From NCBI RefSeq assembly GCF_002310835.1, contig NZ_CP011041.1, positions 3,180,001 through 3,212,000 on the forward strand: a stretch of 32,000 bases of DNA, written 5' to 3'. Under the pieces are notes generated by a model. That model was not told where the DNA came from. It searched no databases and saw only the letters and a program-made list of their open reading frames with translations. A program made the position numbers and the translations under genes. The DNA is from Pseudoalteromonas tetraodonis. GTDB taxonomy: Bacteria > Pseudomonadota > Gammaproteobacteria > Enterobacterales > Alteromonadaceae. Shown one piece after another: positions 1-8,920 of this stretch; position 1 is the first letter of the stretch; each line of letters opens with the position of its first letter.

Positions 1-174
1 AATCGCTTGTGCAATCTCTGCTTCGTGTTTAGGCACGGTTAAAAAGCCATAACAACCAGGCCAATCGGGACAACCAAGCCCTGCGTCACTTAAACGCGTG
101 TATGCGCCCAGAGCCACCACAATTAATGCGAATAAACTCGTTGCTAATACCAAATTTTTATAGTTTTTATACAT
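1..174 (-). CDS. ctaA: Heme A synthase (COX15/CtaA family), N-terminal 58 codons only; the gene runs off the window start
   Basis: My own minus-strand translation from the ATG at 174..172 gives MYKNYKNLVLATSLFALIVVALGAYTRLSDAGLGCPDWPGCYGFLTVPKHEAEIAQAI. The RLxDAGLGCPDWPxCxG stretch is the conserved N-terminal COX15/CtaA motif. It lies at the distal end of the cox/SURF1 cluster. It is missing from the ORF track because it is truncated. Confidence 0.75.
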   Translation of the reverse strand, partial: MYKNYKNLVLATSLFALIVVALGAYTRLSDAGLGCPDWPGCYGFLTVPKHEAEIAQAI

Positions 175-186
175 AGCATCCTCTAC

Positions 187-681
187 TTAGCTCGAACGAG
201 AGTAATTGAGTAATTTTTTTAGATCTTTTAATAACCCTTTTTGGATCAAACGGTTTTCTTGTGGTTGAGAACTAAATGGATACTCCAGTACAATTAGCCC
301 CATATGATCGATTAAATACAAACTGGCAGGTTTTAACTGCTGTTGCTCATCAATAACATGCCAACGCGTTGTAACTAGCTCAGGCTGTCCCATAATAGCC
401 ATATCAACTTTGTGTTGGTTTTTGCCAAGGGCAACATATAAATTGTCTAAAGCGGCTAATTGCTCTGTGCAAGACGCTTTGCATTGTGCTGAATAATTTA
501 AAGCGATGGTCCATTGCTTAGGATTATGCTGCGCCCAATTGTCTAGCTTAATTTCACGCTCTAAAAATTCACCATGGTTAGTAATTGCTGTAGGTAGCCA
601 ATCAAGTTTTAACGCGCTGTAAGCCAGCACTAAGGGAATAGCGCAGCACACAGCAAAGAGTAACAGGGGTTTATTTTTCAT
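187..681 (-). CDS. Membrane-anchored thioredoxin-fold protein, SCO1/SenC-like (putative copper chaperone or oxidase assembly factor)
   Basis: It has an N-terminal hydrophobic anchor. A CxxxC motif (CKASC) is embedded in WTIALNYSAQCKASCTEQLAAL, which resembles the SCO1 FGYTxCPDVCP region. A downstream His sits in RWHVIDE...LYLIDHMG. The gene overlaps the SURF1 stop by 11 nt and lies between SURF1 and COX15. Confidence 0.5.
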   Translation of the reverse strand: MKNKPLLLFAVCCAIPLVLAYSALKLDWLPTAITNHGEFLEREIKLDNWAQHNPKQWTIALNYSAQCKASCTEQLAALDNLYVALGKNQHKVDMAIMGQPELVTTRWHVIDEQQQLKPASLYLIDHMGLIVLEYPFSSQPQENRLIQKGLLKDLKKLLNYSRSS

Positions 682-1411
682 TATCTATCCTCTTCCTGCT
701 TGCAAAAATAGCGACCACCACACAGGCAACCGCAATTAAAAACCACTGTACTGAGTAGGCATAATGTTTTTCTGGACTCATAACAACGGCTTCATAATGA
801 GGGGCAGCAATTTCATCAGCTTGACCTTGGCGGTAAGCCATAAAATTCACTAAAGGGCGATTAGATTGGCTACTCAATGCTTGTAAATCAATGATTTGAA
901 TTCGTTTGGCTAAATCCGACTGAGTATTGTTATTGGCTAAGGTAAAGCCACTTAAATTATCTTCTTTAATTTGTGCCGTTAACGTAAATTTACCACTAGG
1001 TATTGTTACGTTTGGTAGGATTTCTCTTGAACGTTCTGCTTTTACCCAGCCTAAGTTCACTAACAAAAAGCGTGATTCATCAGACAGTTTTAATAATGCC
1101 AGTAAGTCGTAACCAACCTGACCATTATAGATTTGATTATCAAGCAACCAATAATTATTAGTGTCAAAATAACCATTTAACGAAACCAATACACCGGTTT
1201 TGTTCCACTCTTTTGGCAGCTGTTGTAACTCTGCCCAGCTCATTACGCCATGTTGTTGTATATTTTCAATGGCACTAAGCTGCTGTTGCTTTTGTTCTGC
1301 TCGCTGTAATTGCCAAAACCCTAGTCGCACACAAACCAATACCACAATAACAACCAAGCAAATTGTTATTATTGAGCTAAGCTTTTGTTTGTTAAATACA
1401 ACTAACTGCAT
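671..1411 (-). CDS. SURF1 family cytochrome oxidase biogenesis protein
   Basis: 246 aa with TM helices at both ends. SURF1 signatures are present: RLGFWQLQR, VNLGWV and YAYSVQWF. The cox-cluster context agrees. Confidence 0.9.
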   Translation of the reverse strand: MQLVVFNKQKLSSIITICLVVIVVLVCVRLGFWQLQRAEQKQQQLSAIENIQQHGVMSWAELQQLPKEWNKTGVLVSLNGYFDTNNYWLLDNQIYNGQVGYDLLALLKLSDESRFLLVNLGWVKAERSREILPNVTIPSGKFTLTAQIKEDNLSGFTLANNNTQSDLAKRIQIIDLQALSSQSNRPLVNFMAYRQGQADEIAAPHYEAVVMSPEKHYAYSVQWFLIAVACVVVAIFASRKRIDNEK

Positions 1412-1425
1412 AAGGGTATAATCCA

Positions 1426-1734
1426 GTGATTATTAAAATTATTATTGTTCTACTGTTATTATTTATATTATTTAATTTATTTCGTGCTTTATTAATTATG
1501 GTGTCAGGGAAAACCAATGGACGCCCTATGTCTCACTTTTTAGGGCGTCGGGTGTTATTTTCTGTTGTGGTATTAGTGATGGTGATTGCCGCACTAAAAC
1601 TTGGTTTTATTAAGGCAAATCAGTCTCCCTTAATCACTAAAGCACATACACAAATACAAACAAACACAGCCAAACAACATCAACAAAATGCCAGTACCAA
1701 GCTGCAGCTTGAAAGGCAAAGTGCTTATCTTTAG
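1426..1734 (+). CDS. Twin-transmembrane-helix small protein (DUF2909-like) with a long Q/T-rich C-terminal tail
   Basis: GTG start. It has two hydrophobic helices (IIKIIIVLLLLFILFNLF and VLFSVVVLVMVIAALKLGF). It occupies the position between coxC and SURF1 on the opposite strand, which is where I recall DUF2909 genes in gammaproteobacterial cox clusters. The last 98 nt overlap the coxC 3' end. Confidence 0.6.
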   Translation: MIIKIIIVLLLLFILFNLFRALLIMVSGKTNGRPMSHFLGRRVLFSVVVLVMVIAALKLGFIKANQSPLITKAHTQIQTNTAKQHQQNASTKLQLERQSAYL

Positions 1735-2512
1735 TGAAATGTCCTTTCATAATGCGTAAAAACACCACCAATAAAATAATTGTTCCTAAGGTGACGTGCA
1801 TGCCGTGAAAGCCGGTTAACAAAAAGAAGGTATTGCCATAAATGCCCGCATCAAGGGTTAAGTTAAGATCGTTATAAGCATATATATACTCTTCTACCTG
1901 CAGCCCTAAAAAGCACACTCCGAGTAAAATGGTCGCTCCCAAGCATACTTTGAGTGGGGTACGTTTATTATTTTCCATCGCCACATGGGCAAAATGTAAA
2001 GTTACCGACGAGGCCAGCAAAATAAGGGTGTTGATAAGCGGCAACCCTTGCCAGCCCATCGCTTGGGTCGAAGTGCCTCCTGGGGTATTTAGCAATGGCC
2101 ACATGGCTTCAAACGTCGGCCACAATACTTCATTTGTCATGGCGTTGTTATCCGCACCTCCAAGCCAAGGCACAGAAAACATGCGAGCATAAAAAAGCGC
2201 CCCAAAAAATGCCATGAAGAACATCACTTCTGAAAAAATAAACCAGCTCATACCTTGCCTAAAAGAACGGTCCATTTGTGCAGAATAAAGCCCTTGATCA
2301 GACTCGTGTATGACATTTTTAAACCAGCTAAACAGCATGTAAAGGAGTACAGCTATACCTACGTATAACAAGTAAACGCCATTACCACCCTCTTTGCCCA
2401 TATCCATTACGGTTAAGGCTGCGCCTACCGCAATAAAAAATAACGCAACTGCCCCAACTATTGGCCATGGACTTTGCTCTGGTACATAATAATGTTCATA
2501 TTTTTGATTCAT
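1637..2512 (-). CDS. coxC: Cytochrome c oxidase subunit III
   Basis: 291 aa polytopic membrane protein ending in the typical WYWHFVDVVWLxLFxxVY motif. Operon context agrees. Confidence 0.95.
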   Translation of the reverse strand: MNQKYEHYYVPEQSPWPIVGAVALFFIAVGAALTVMDMGKEGGNGVYLLYVGIAVLLYMLFSWFKNVIHESDQGLYSAQMDRSFRQGMSWFIFSEVMFFMAFFGALFYARMFSVPWLGGADNNAMTNEVLWPTFEAMWPLLNTPGGTSTQAMGWQGLPLINTLILLASSVTLHFAHVAMENNKRTPLKVCLGATILLGVCFLGLQVEEYIYAYNDLNLTLDAGIYGNTFFLLTGFHGMHVTLGTIILLVVFLRIMKGHFTKDKHFAFQAAAWYWHFVDVVWLCLFVFVYVL

Positions 2513-2547
2513 TTTATTTGCTCCTAGTTTTTCACTAGTTTTATAAG

Positions 2548-3078
2548 CTAGTTATTACTGGCTACTAGCCGCTCGCTAATATCAAATACGGTATAAGATA
2601 GGGTTAACTCTTCTACATCACTGGGTAATTCAGTATCTACATAAAACAATAATGTAAACTCCAGCTCTTCACCTGCCTTTAACGGTTGCTGATCAAAGCA
2701 AAAACACGCTATTTTGTGTAAATACTTGGCCGCTTTTCCTGGTGCTACCGACGGTATAGCCTGCATTACTTTATCTTCATTACTGTTATTTTTAGCGCTA
2801 AACTTAACTTCACGCATAGCCCCAGGCTTTACATCTACACTGTACTCTTTAGATTTAACTTCAAAAGGCGCACCACTTTGCGCATGCGTAGTGAAACTAA
2901 CGCTGACTTCTCTATTTTCAGTGACCAAGGTACTTTGCTGTGCCTGCTCTAACGAGGGCTTACCATTAAGCCCCGTTATATCGCAAAACACGTCATACAA
3001 AGGGACCATGGCAAATGCAAATGCAAACATTGCAATGCAAATCACCACCAGCTTTTTTAATAACGGCAAGTGAGTCAT
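2548..3078 (-). CDS. ctaG: Cytochrome c oxidase assembly protein CtaG/Cox11
   Basis: 176 aa with an N-terminal TM helix followed by PLYDVFCDITGLNG and the CFCF motif typical of Cox11. Its start overlaps the coxA stop (TAATG). Confidence 0.93.
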   Translation of the reverse strand: MTHLPLLKKLVVICIAMFAFAFAMVPLYDVFCDITGLNGKPSLEQAQQSTLVTENREVSVSFTTHAQSGAPFEVKSKEYSVDVKPGAMREVKFSAKNNSNEDKVMQAIPSVAPGKAAKYLHKIACFCFDQQPLKAGEELEFTLLFYVDTELPSDVEELTLSYTVFDISERLVASNN

Positions 3079-4670
3079 TATTTAATGTCCGGCGGCGTTG
3101 AGAACGTATGATAAGGCGCAGGTGAATCAACTTCCCATTCAAGCCCCTCAGCTCCATCCCAAACTTTTGCAGGCACTTTGTCGCCCCCTTTTGCACATTT
3201 ATACACAACCACCACAAATAATAATTGCGATAAACCAAAGGCAAACCCACCTATACTAATAATGGCGTTAAAATCAGCAAACTGTAGCGCATAATCTGGA
3301 ATACGGCGTGGCATACCGGCTAACCCCACAAAATGCATTGGGAAAAACAGCACATTTACACTTATTAACGACAACCAAAAATGCCATTTTGCTAAGGTAA
3401 TATTGAACATGTTTCCGGTCCATTTTGGCAGCCAATAATAAGCCCCCGCCATAATAGAAAACACCGCGCCCGTTACGAGTACATAATGAAAGTGTGCAAC
3501 CACAAAATAGGTATCATGATATTGGAAATCGGCAGGTGTAATCGCTAGCATCAACCCCGAAAAACCACCTAAAGTAAACAACACAATAAATGCGATACTA
3601 AACAGCATTGGCACTTCAAAGCTAATAGACCCGCGCCACATAGTCGCTACCCAGTTAAATACTTTTACGCCGGTAGGTACCGATATCAGCATAGTCGCGT
3701 ACATAAAAAACAACTCACCCGCCACGGGCATACCAGTGGTAAACATATGATGCGCCCACACAATAAAGCTCAACAAGGCAATGGAGGAGGTGGCATACAC
3801 CATAGAGGCATAACCAAATAGTTTTTTACGTGAAAAGGTGGGAACAATCGTAGAAATAATGCCAAAGGCAGGCAAAATCATAATATAAACTTCAGGGTGA
3901 CCAAAAAACCAAAAAATATGTTGGAACATCACCGGATCGCCACCACCAGCGGCATCAAAGAAACTGGTCGCGAAGTATTTATCGGTGAGCACCATAGTAA
4001 CTGCACCAGCAAGTACCGGCATAACTGCAATAAGTAAAAACGCCGTGATCAACCATGTCCACACAAATAACGGCAGCTTCATCCACGTCATACCCGGAGC
4101 ACGCATATTTACTATGGTGACCACCACATTAATGGCCCCCATAATCGAACTAATACCCATAATATGCACAGCAAATACAAACATTGCTGTGTTGTCGTTA
4201 CTATAAGTGGTGGAAAGCGGCGCGTAAAAGGTCCAACCAAATGCAGGGCCACCACCAGGCATAAATAATGAAGCTAATAGGATTAAAAACGCAAACGGTA
4301 AAATCCAAAAGCTCCAGTTATTCATTCTCGGTAAGGCCATATCTGGCGCACCAATCATTAGCGGGATCATCCAGTTTGCCAAGCCGGTAAAGGCTGGCAT
4401 AACCGCACCAAACACCATTATTAAACCATGCACTGTGGTCATTTGATTAAAAAAGTGAGGATCAACCAGTTGTAGGCCCGGCTGAAATAACTCAGCTCGA
4501 ATAACCATCGCCATTGCCCCACCAATTAAAAACATGGTGAGTGAAAAAATTAAATATAAGCTACCTATATCTTTATGGTTGGTTGTAAATAACCAGCGCT
4601 TAAAGCCTGTGGCAGGTTGATGGGCATGATGAGCCTCATTGGTATTAGGTTGTTCTGCAATGCTACTCAT
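3078..4670 (-). CDS. coxA: Cytochrome c oxidase subunit I (aa3-type)
   Basis: 530 aa carrying the heme-copper oxidase subunit I signatures [25 protein letters not shown] and HHMF. Confidence 0.97.
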   Translation of the reverse strand: MSSIAEQPNTNEAHHAHQPATGFKRWLFTTNHKDIGSLYLIFSLTMFLIGGAMAMVIRAELFQPGLQLVDPHFFNQMTTVHGLIMVFGAVMPAFTGLANWMIPLMIGAPDMALPRMNNWSFWILPFAFLILLASLFMPGGGPAFGWTFYAPLSTTYSNDNTAMFVFAVHIMGISSIMGAINVVVTIVNMRAPGMTWMKLPLFVWTWLITAFLLIAVMPVLAGAVTMVLTDKYFATSFFDAAGGGDPVMFQHIFWFFGHPEVYIMILPAFGIISTIVPTFSRKKLFGYASMVYATSSIALLSFIVWAHHMFTTGMPVAGELFFMYATMLISVPTGVKVFNWVATMWRGSISFEVPMLFSIAFIVLFTLGGFSGLMLAITPADFQYHDTYFVVAHFHYVLVTGAVFSIMAGAYYWLPKWTGNMFNITLAKWHFWLSLISVNVLFFPMHFVGLAGMPRRIPDYALQFADFNAIISIGGFAFGLSQLLFVVVVYKCAKGGDKVPAKVWDGAEGLEWEVDSPAPYHTFSTPPDIK

Positions 4671-5812
4671 TATTTAGCCTCCCCATCAGCATCCAGTGCC
4701 GCTTGTATCTCGCTCGGTTGAATTACATCACCAGTGTCATTACCCCACGCGTTGCGTTTATAGGTAATAACAGCTGCTATTTGCTTGATTGATAATTGCT
4801 TTGCGAAAGACTGCATAGCCGTACCTGGTTTACCGTGGAGCAAAATATCTATATGCCCTTTGATATCACCTATGACTATTGGGCTGCCTTTAAGAGCCGG
4901 AAAAACACCCGGCAAGCCTAATCCTGTTGGCTGATGGCACGCCGCGCAGCTCGCCATATAAACCTGCTCACCAAGCGCCATCAGCTCTTCTTTTGGTACA
5001 ACTTGGTCTAATAACGCAGCGTCTGCTTCAGCTGCTTTTTGCTTGGCTTGTTTAGCCTCTGCTAACCACGTTTTGAAGTCTTCTTCTGTTTTAGCTTCTA
5101 CCACAACAGGCATAAAACCATGATCTTTACCGCAAAGCTCTGCACACTGCCCACGGTAAGTACCAACCTCATTAATATTGGTCCATGTTTCGTTAATAAA
5201 CCCAGGGTTTGCATCTTTTTTAACGGCAAAGTCAGGCACCCACCATGAGTGAATAACATCATCTGAAGTCATTAAAAAACGTACTTTTTGATTAATTGGT
5301 AGTACCAGCGGTTTATCGACCTCGAGTAAATAATTCGGGTTTTTATCAGCAAGGTTGGTTATTTCATTTTGAGGTGTAGCTAGCATGGAATAAAACTCAA
5401 CGTCCTCCCCCATATACTCGTAATGCCACTTCCACTGTGAGCCTGTAATTTTAATGGTGAGATCAGCTTTGCTGGCATCCTCCATGGCAATTAAGGTTTT
5501 AGTCGCAGGAATGGCCATAACAATTAATATGACAAAAGGGATCGCAGTCCACAGTATTTCTACTTTGGTGCTTTCATGGAATTGGGCAGGGACAGCCCCT
5601 TTAGATTTGCGATGATGAATGAGTGCCCAAAACATAATGGCAAATACGATCACCCCAATCACACAACATATTAAAAAAATAGTCATGTGCAGTTGGTATA
5701 CATTATTACTTATATCGGTTACGCCTTTACGCATATTATATTGGCTATTAGCAAGCACATTCTGCGAAAAAACAAACAATATAAGCCACAAGGAAGAACT
5801 CAGCTTACCCAT
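4670..5812 (-). CDS. coxB: Cytochrome c oxidase subunit II with a fused C-terminal cytochrome c domain
   Basis: It has a signal or anchor sequence plus two TM helices. The CuA site is [14 protein letters not shown]-terminal CAACH heme-c motif is present. Confidence 0.96.
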   Translation of the reverse strand: MGKLSSSLWLILFVFSQNVLANSQYNMRKGVTDISNNVYQLHMTIFLICCVIGVIVFAIMFWALIHHRKSKGAVPAQFHESTKVEILWTAIPFVILIVMAIPATKTLIAMEDASKADLTIKITGSQWKWHYEYMGEDVEFYSMLATPQNEITNLADKNPNYLLEVDKPLVLPINQKVRFLMTSDDVIHSWWVPDFAVKKDANPGFINETWTNINEVGTYRGQCAELCGKDHGFMPVVVEAKTEEDFKTWLAEAKQAKQKAAEADAALLDQVVPKEELMALGEQVYMASCAACHQPTGLGLPGVFPALKGSPIVIGDIKGHIDILLHGKPGTAMQSFAKQLSIKQIAAVITYKRNAWGNDTGDVIQPSEIQAALDADGEAK

Positions 5813-6305
5813 GTGACGGCTCCTTTGATGCTATTGCTGACGCAAAGCGAAGAGGCATACGGCTTAAACGCCTATTCGTTATTTTTATTTTTTATAAGGG
5901 TGCTGGATTTAGTAAATGTGTGTTCTCAAAACGACTAAGCTGTGAGTTATTTTTATTCCAGCTCTTTAACAACTAGTTAAAAAATAAACAATAAGCAAGG
6001 TGAGTATGAAAAATAAACAAGGTGTATTTTTTAAAATGCGCAGCTAAAAAAATAGCAACTAGTCAGGCAATTAATCTAAGAGTCAGGTTTAGTAAGGGGT
6101 GTATTGAAATTACAGGATAGAAATATAAAAAATTGTTAACTTAAAAAAGCAGAGTAAATTTGTTTATTTATAAAGTATTTAGTGATTTTATTTATGATAG
6201 GAGAAGCACTTAACAACATATAGTCATACATTTGATAAGTTAGACATTGTGCTGCTAACAAACCCAGCGCCTAATCACTATTAAGCGCTAAATTATGCTT
6301 TAATA

Positions 6306-6923
6306 CTACATCCAGTCAGCGTTACGAATAACACCTACCGCTAAGCCTTCAATATTGAACGACTCATTTTCTAAATCGACCTCAATAGCTGAAAACTCAT
6401 CATTTTCAGCATGTAAGAGTACTTTTCTGCCCGCTTTTTCTAAACGCTTCACGGTTACATCGTCGTCAACACGGGCAACAATAACTTGTCCATTTTCGGC
6501 AACTTGGGTTTTATGCACAGCAAGTAAATCACCATCCATAATACCAATGTCTTTCATACTCATACCGTTAACACGCAATAAAAAATCGGCCGCAGGTTTA
6601 AACATTAAAGGGTCAATTTTACAGTGGCTTTCTACATGCTGTTGCGCCAATATTGGCTCACCGGCAGCAACCCTGCCAATTAAAGGCAAGCCCAACTGCT
6701 CTGGCTCCTCTTCTTCAACAAGCTGAATGCCCCGACTCGCGCCTGGCTTCATTTTAATAACACCTTTTTTGGCCAGTGCTTTTAAGTGTTCTTCTGCAGC
6801 ATTCGCACTTTTAAAACCCAGTGTTTGTGCAATTTCGGCACGTGTAGGAGGCATACCAGTGTCTTTAATAAACACTTTAATGAGTTCGAGTATTTGCGCT
6901 TGGCGTTTCGTTAATGGTCGCAT
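6306..6923 (-). CDS. lexA: LexA SOS repressor
   Basis: 205 aa with an N-terminal winged HTH, the AAGEP cleavage-site region and the GMSM...VKRL Ser/Lys dyad. SOS boxes lie immediately upstream. Confidence 0.97.
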   Translation of the reverse strand: MRPLTKRQAQILELIKVFIKDTGMPPTRAEIAQTLGFKSANAAEEHLKALAKKGVIKMKPGASRGIQLVEEEEPEQLGLPLIGRVAAGEPILAQQHVESHCKIDPLMFKPAADFLLRVNGMSMKDIGIMDGDLLAVHKTQVAENGQVIVARVDDDVTVKRLEKAGRKVLLHAENDEFSAIEVDLENESFNIEGLAVGVIRNADWM

Positions 6924-6927
6924 ACAA

Positions 6928-6968
6928 CTGGTTTTCCATACAGTACAATTAACTGTGAGTATATACAG
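6928..6968 (-). promoter_or_regulatory. Two SOS (LexA) boxes upstream of lexA
   Basis: There are two CTG-N10-CAG palindromes. The first is 6953-6968, which reads CTGTATATACTCACAG on the minus strand and matches my recollection of the first E. coli lexA box. The second is 6928-6943, reading CTGTATGGAAAACCAG, and it ends 5 nt before the ATG. Confidence 0.85.
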
Positions 6969-7121
6969 TTATTTAAAAATCGCAAATATAAATTAATGCC
7001 TTATATGCCGTTATCATCAAACAATAACCTACTTTAAAAGCAGGGTGATAAATGTAATTATTAGCAACGCATTATCATATTAATAAATTTTAATTCTCAA
7101 TTACTTATCCAAGGAGCTAGC

Positions 7122-7565
7122 ATGAGTATTTGGCATCAACCGATTACATTAGAGTTTTGTAAGCAATTAGATCAAGGTATTACAGGCCAAGGGACACTCA
7201 TGAAAACCATGGGAATAGAGATCAGTGAAATTGGTGATGACTACTTAGTGGCAACTATGCCGGCAATTCCAGAGCATCATAACCCTATGGGTATCGTTCA
7301 TGGTGGTGCAAATGTGGTGCTTGCTGAAACAGTAGCAAGTTATGCCGCTAATTTTGTAGTTGATTTCAATCGGTTTTATTGTGTTGGCCAAGAGATCAGT
7401 GCAAGTCATTTAAAGGCATCACGCAATGGCACATTAACGGCCACAGCGAGAGCTTATCATATCGGCAAACGCAGCTCGGTTTGGGATATTAAAATAACCA
7501 ATAGCCGCAATGAGCTTTGCTGCGTATCACGTATGACCGCAGCCGTAGTTGAGCGAAAAGGCTAG
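7122..7565 (+). CDS. Hotdog-fold acyl-CoA thioesterase, PaaI/YdiI/EntH family
   Basis: 147 aa that can be aligned by eye to E. coli YdiI: IGDDxLxATMP, HGGAxVVLAE, and VW...I......LCC.SR.T. An AAGGAG RBS lies upstream. Confidence 0.85.
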   Translation: MSIWHQPITLEFCKQLDQGITGQGTLMKTMGIEISEIGDDYLVATMPAIPEHHNPMGIVHGGANVVLAETVASYAANFVVDFNRFYCVGQEISASHLKASRNGTLTATARAYHIGKRSSVWDIKITNSRNELCCVSRMTAAVVERKG

Positions 7566-7594
7566 TAAATCTGTTAACCAAGGTTGAAGTTAAA

Positions 7595-7975
7595 TTACTT
7601 TTCGAGAGGGTAAATAGTAATTTCTACGCCTGCACCAATTGCAGATATACGTAACAAGGTATCTGCATGTAAGGCTTGGTTAAAGCATTTTGGCGAAGTG
7701 CCAGACTCAAACCCCATATCGAAAGTTCTGCGTGAACAACTCAACCATTGCTTTAATGCATTGCGTGAACACGACTCGATTAACTCACACAAGTGATTAA
7801 TCGCTTTATCTGGCGTGGTTATTTCACCTGCAACCTCAATGCGAGCAAGTTGACGGTATTCGTCTTTATCATAATGTAAAATAGTTGCGACCTTTTTTAA
7901 ATCAGCAACTAATACGCTAATATCTTGCTTTGACTCAAGCTCTAGATCTACATTTAAAAATTGAATTTCCGACAT
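7595..7975 (-). CDS. Hypothetical cytoplasmic protein (start uncertain; the ORF extends to 8059)
   Basis: Open frame with no signal peptide or TM helix, and Cys- and acid-rich. The MSEIQF start at 7975 is preferred over upstream Mets, which add a hydrophobic, poorly supported extension. I do not confidently recognise a family. Confidence 0.5.
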   Translation of the reverse strand: MSEIQFLNVDLELESKQDISVLVADLKKVATILHYDKDEYRQLARIEVAGEITTPDKAINHLCELIESCSRNALKQWLSCSRRTFDMGFESGTSPKCFNQALHADTLLRISAIGAGVEITIYPLEK

Positions 7976-8218
7976 TATCTCGTTTTTACCCTCTATTAAT
8001 TTCATTGCAAACTTTAACGCAGTTTTACCGTTATACCAAATCAACAATGCTGGAATCACTGCATTAACGCATTTTTAGCGTTAGCCTATGAATATTGCCC
8101 ACTATTTACTCCTCAAAAACGCCCTCTACAAAATACGCAAATTAAAATTAAAGCATGCCGGCGGCAGTTTACTTTTTTATTCTAGGCCTTAAACTAGCCG
8201 CTCCTGTAGTTCACGTAT

Positions 8219-8881
8219 GTGATGGATATGATTCGGTTTATTTTAGCTTTGTTGGCTTGCTGTGCTTGTTTTTCAGCAATGGGCGAACAATTTACGCGGT
8301 TTTCGAGTGCCAAAAAGCACTTAATTAATACCCTTCCCGAAAACGCTAAAAGTATTTATTGTGGTTGCGATATAAAAAAACAAGGCAAAAAGTTGGTACC
8401 CGACCCTACCCATTGTGGCTACGTGCCTCGCAACACACTAACCCGCTCAGGCAAAGTAAATCAACGTGCCCTGCGAATTGAATGGGAACATATTGTCCCT
8501 GCATGGGAATTTGGTCACCAGTTACAATGTTGGCAAGATGGTGGGCGTAAAAACTGCCGCAAAGTTAGCGCTAAGTTTCGCATGATGGAAGCCGATATAA
8601 ACAATTTAGCCCCTGCAATTGGTGAAATTAACGCCGATCGCTCAAACTACCGCTTTGGCATGTTAGCCCAAAACGCGACGCAATATGGTCGCTGTGAGGT
8701 TAAAGTTAATTTTAAACAACGTGTTGTTGAACCGCCTGTTCATGCACGTAAACGCATTGCCGATGCGTACGCTTACATGCAAAAAACGTATGGTTTAAAA
8801 ATTTCAGCTAAACAACAAAAGCTATTTAATGCTTGGCAACAACAAGCTTATGCTGCTAACACAAATAGTAAAAAGCTGTAA
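8219..8881 (+). CDS. endA: Periplasmic or extracellular endonuclease I (EndA/Vvn/Dns family)
   Basis: It has a signal peptide (ILALLACCACFSAMG). Family motifs are present: SIYCGC, EWEHIVPAW, NLxPAIGEINADRSN and multiple Cys. The start could be 8219, 8222 or 8228. Confidence 0.9.
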   Translation: MMDMIRFILALLACCACFSAMGEQFTRFSSAKKHLINTLPENAKSIYCGCDIKKQGKKLVPDPTHCGYVPRNTLTRSGKVNQRALRIEWEHIVPAWEFGHQLQCWQDGGRKNCRKVSAKFRMMEADINNLAPAIGEINADRSNYRFGMLAQNATQYGRCEVKVNFKQRVVEPPVHARKRIADAYAYMQKTYGLKISAKQQKLFNAWQQQAYAANTNSKKL

Positions 8882-8890
8882 GTTTAAATT

Positions 8891-8913
8891 AAAAGCGTGT
8901 AACACACGCTTTT
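8891..8913. terminator. Bidirectional stem-loop between the convergent endA and hmp genes
   Basis: AAAAGCGTG-taaca-CACGCTTTT forms a 9 bp stem with A/T runs built into both arms. Confidence 0.6.
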
Positions 8914-8920
8914 AATTAAC

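Noticed and set aside
3078-4670. TAATG and ATGA start/stop overlaps (coxB/coxA, coxA/ctaG, leuC/leuD, leuA/leuB)
   Set aside because: This is standard translational coupling in operons and is not unusual.
6006-6047. 13-codon mini-ORF (MKNKQGVFFKMRS) preceded by AAGGTGA in the lexA-coxB gap
   Set aside because: It is very short, in an AT-rich region where such ORFs arise by chance, and it has no supporting terminator or promoter context. The AAGGTG is part of a direct repeat rather than a clear SD.
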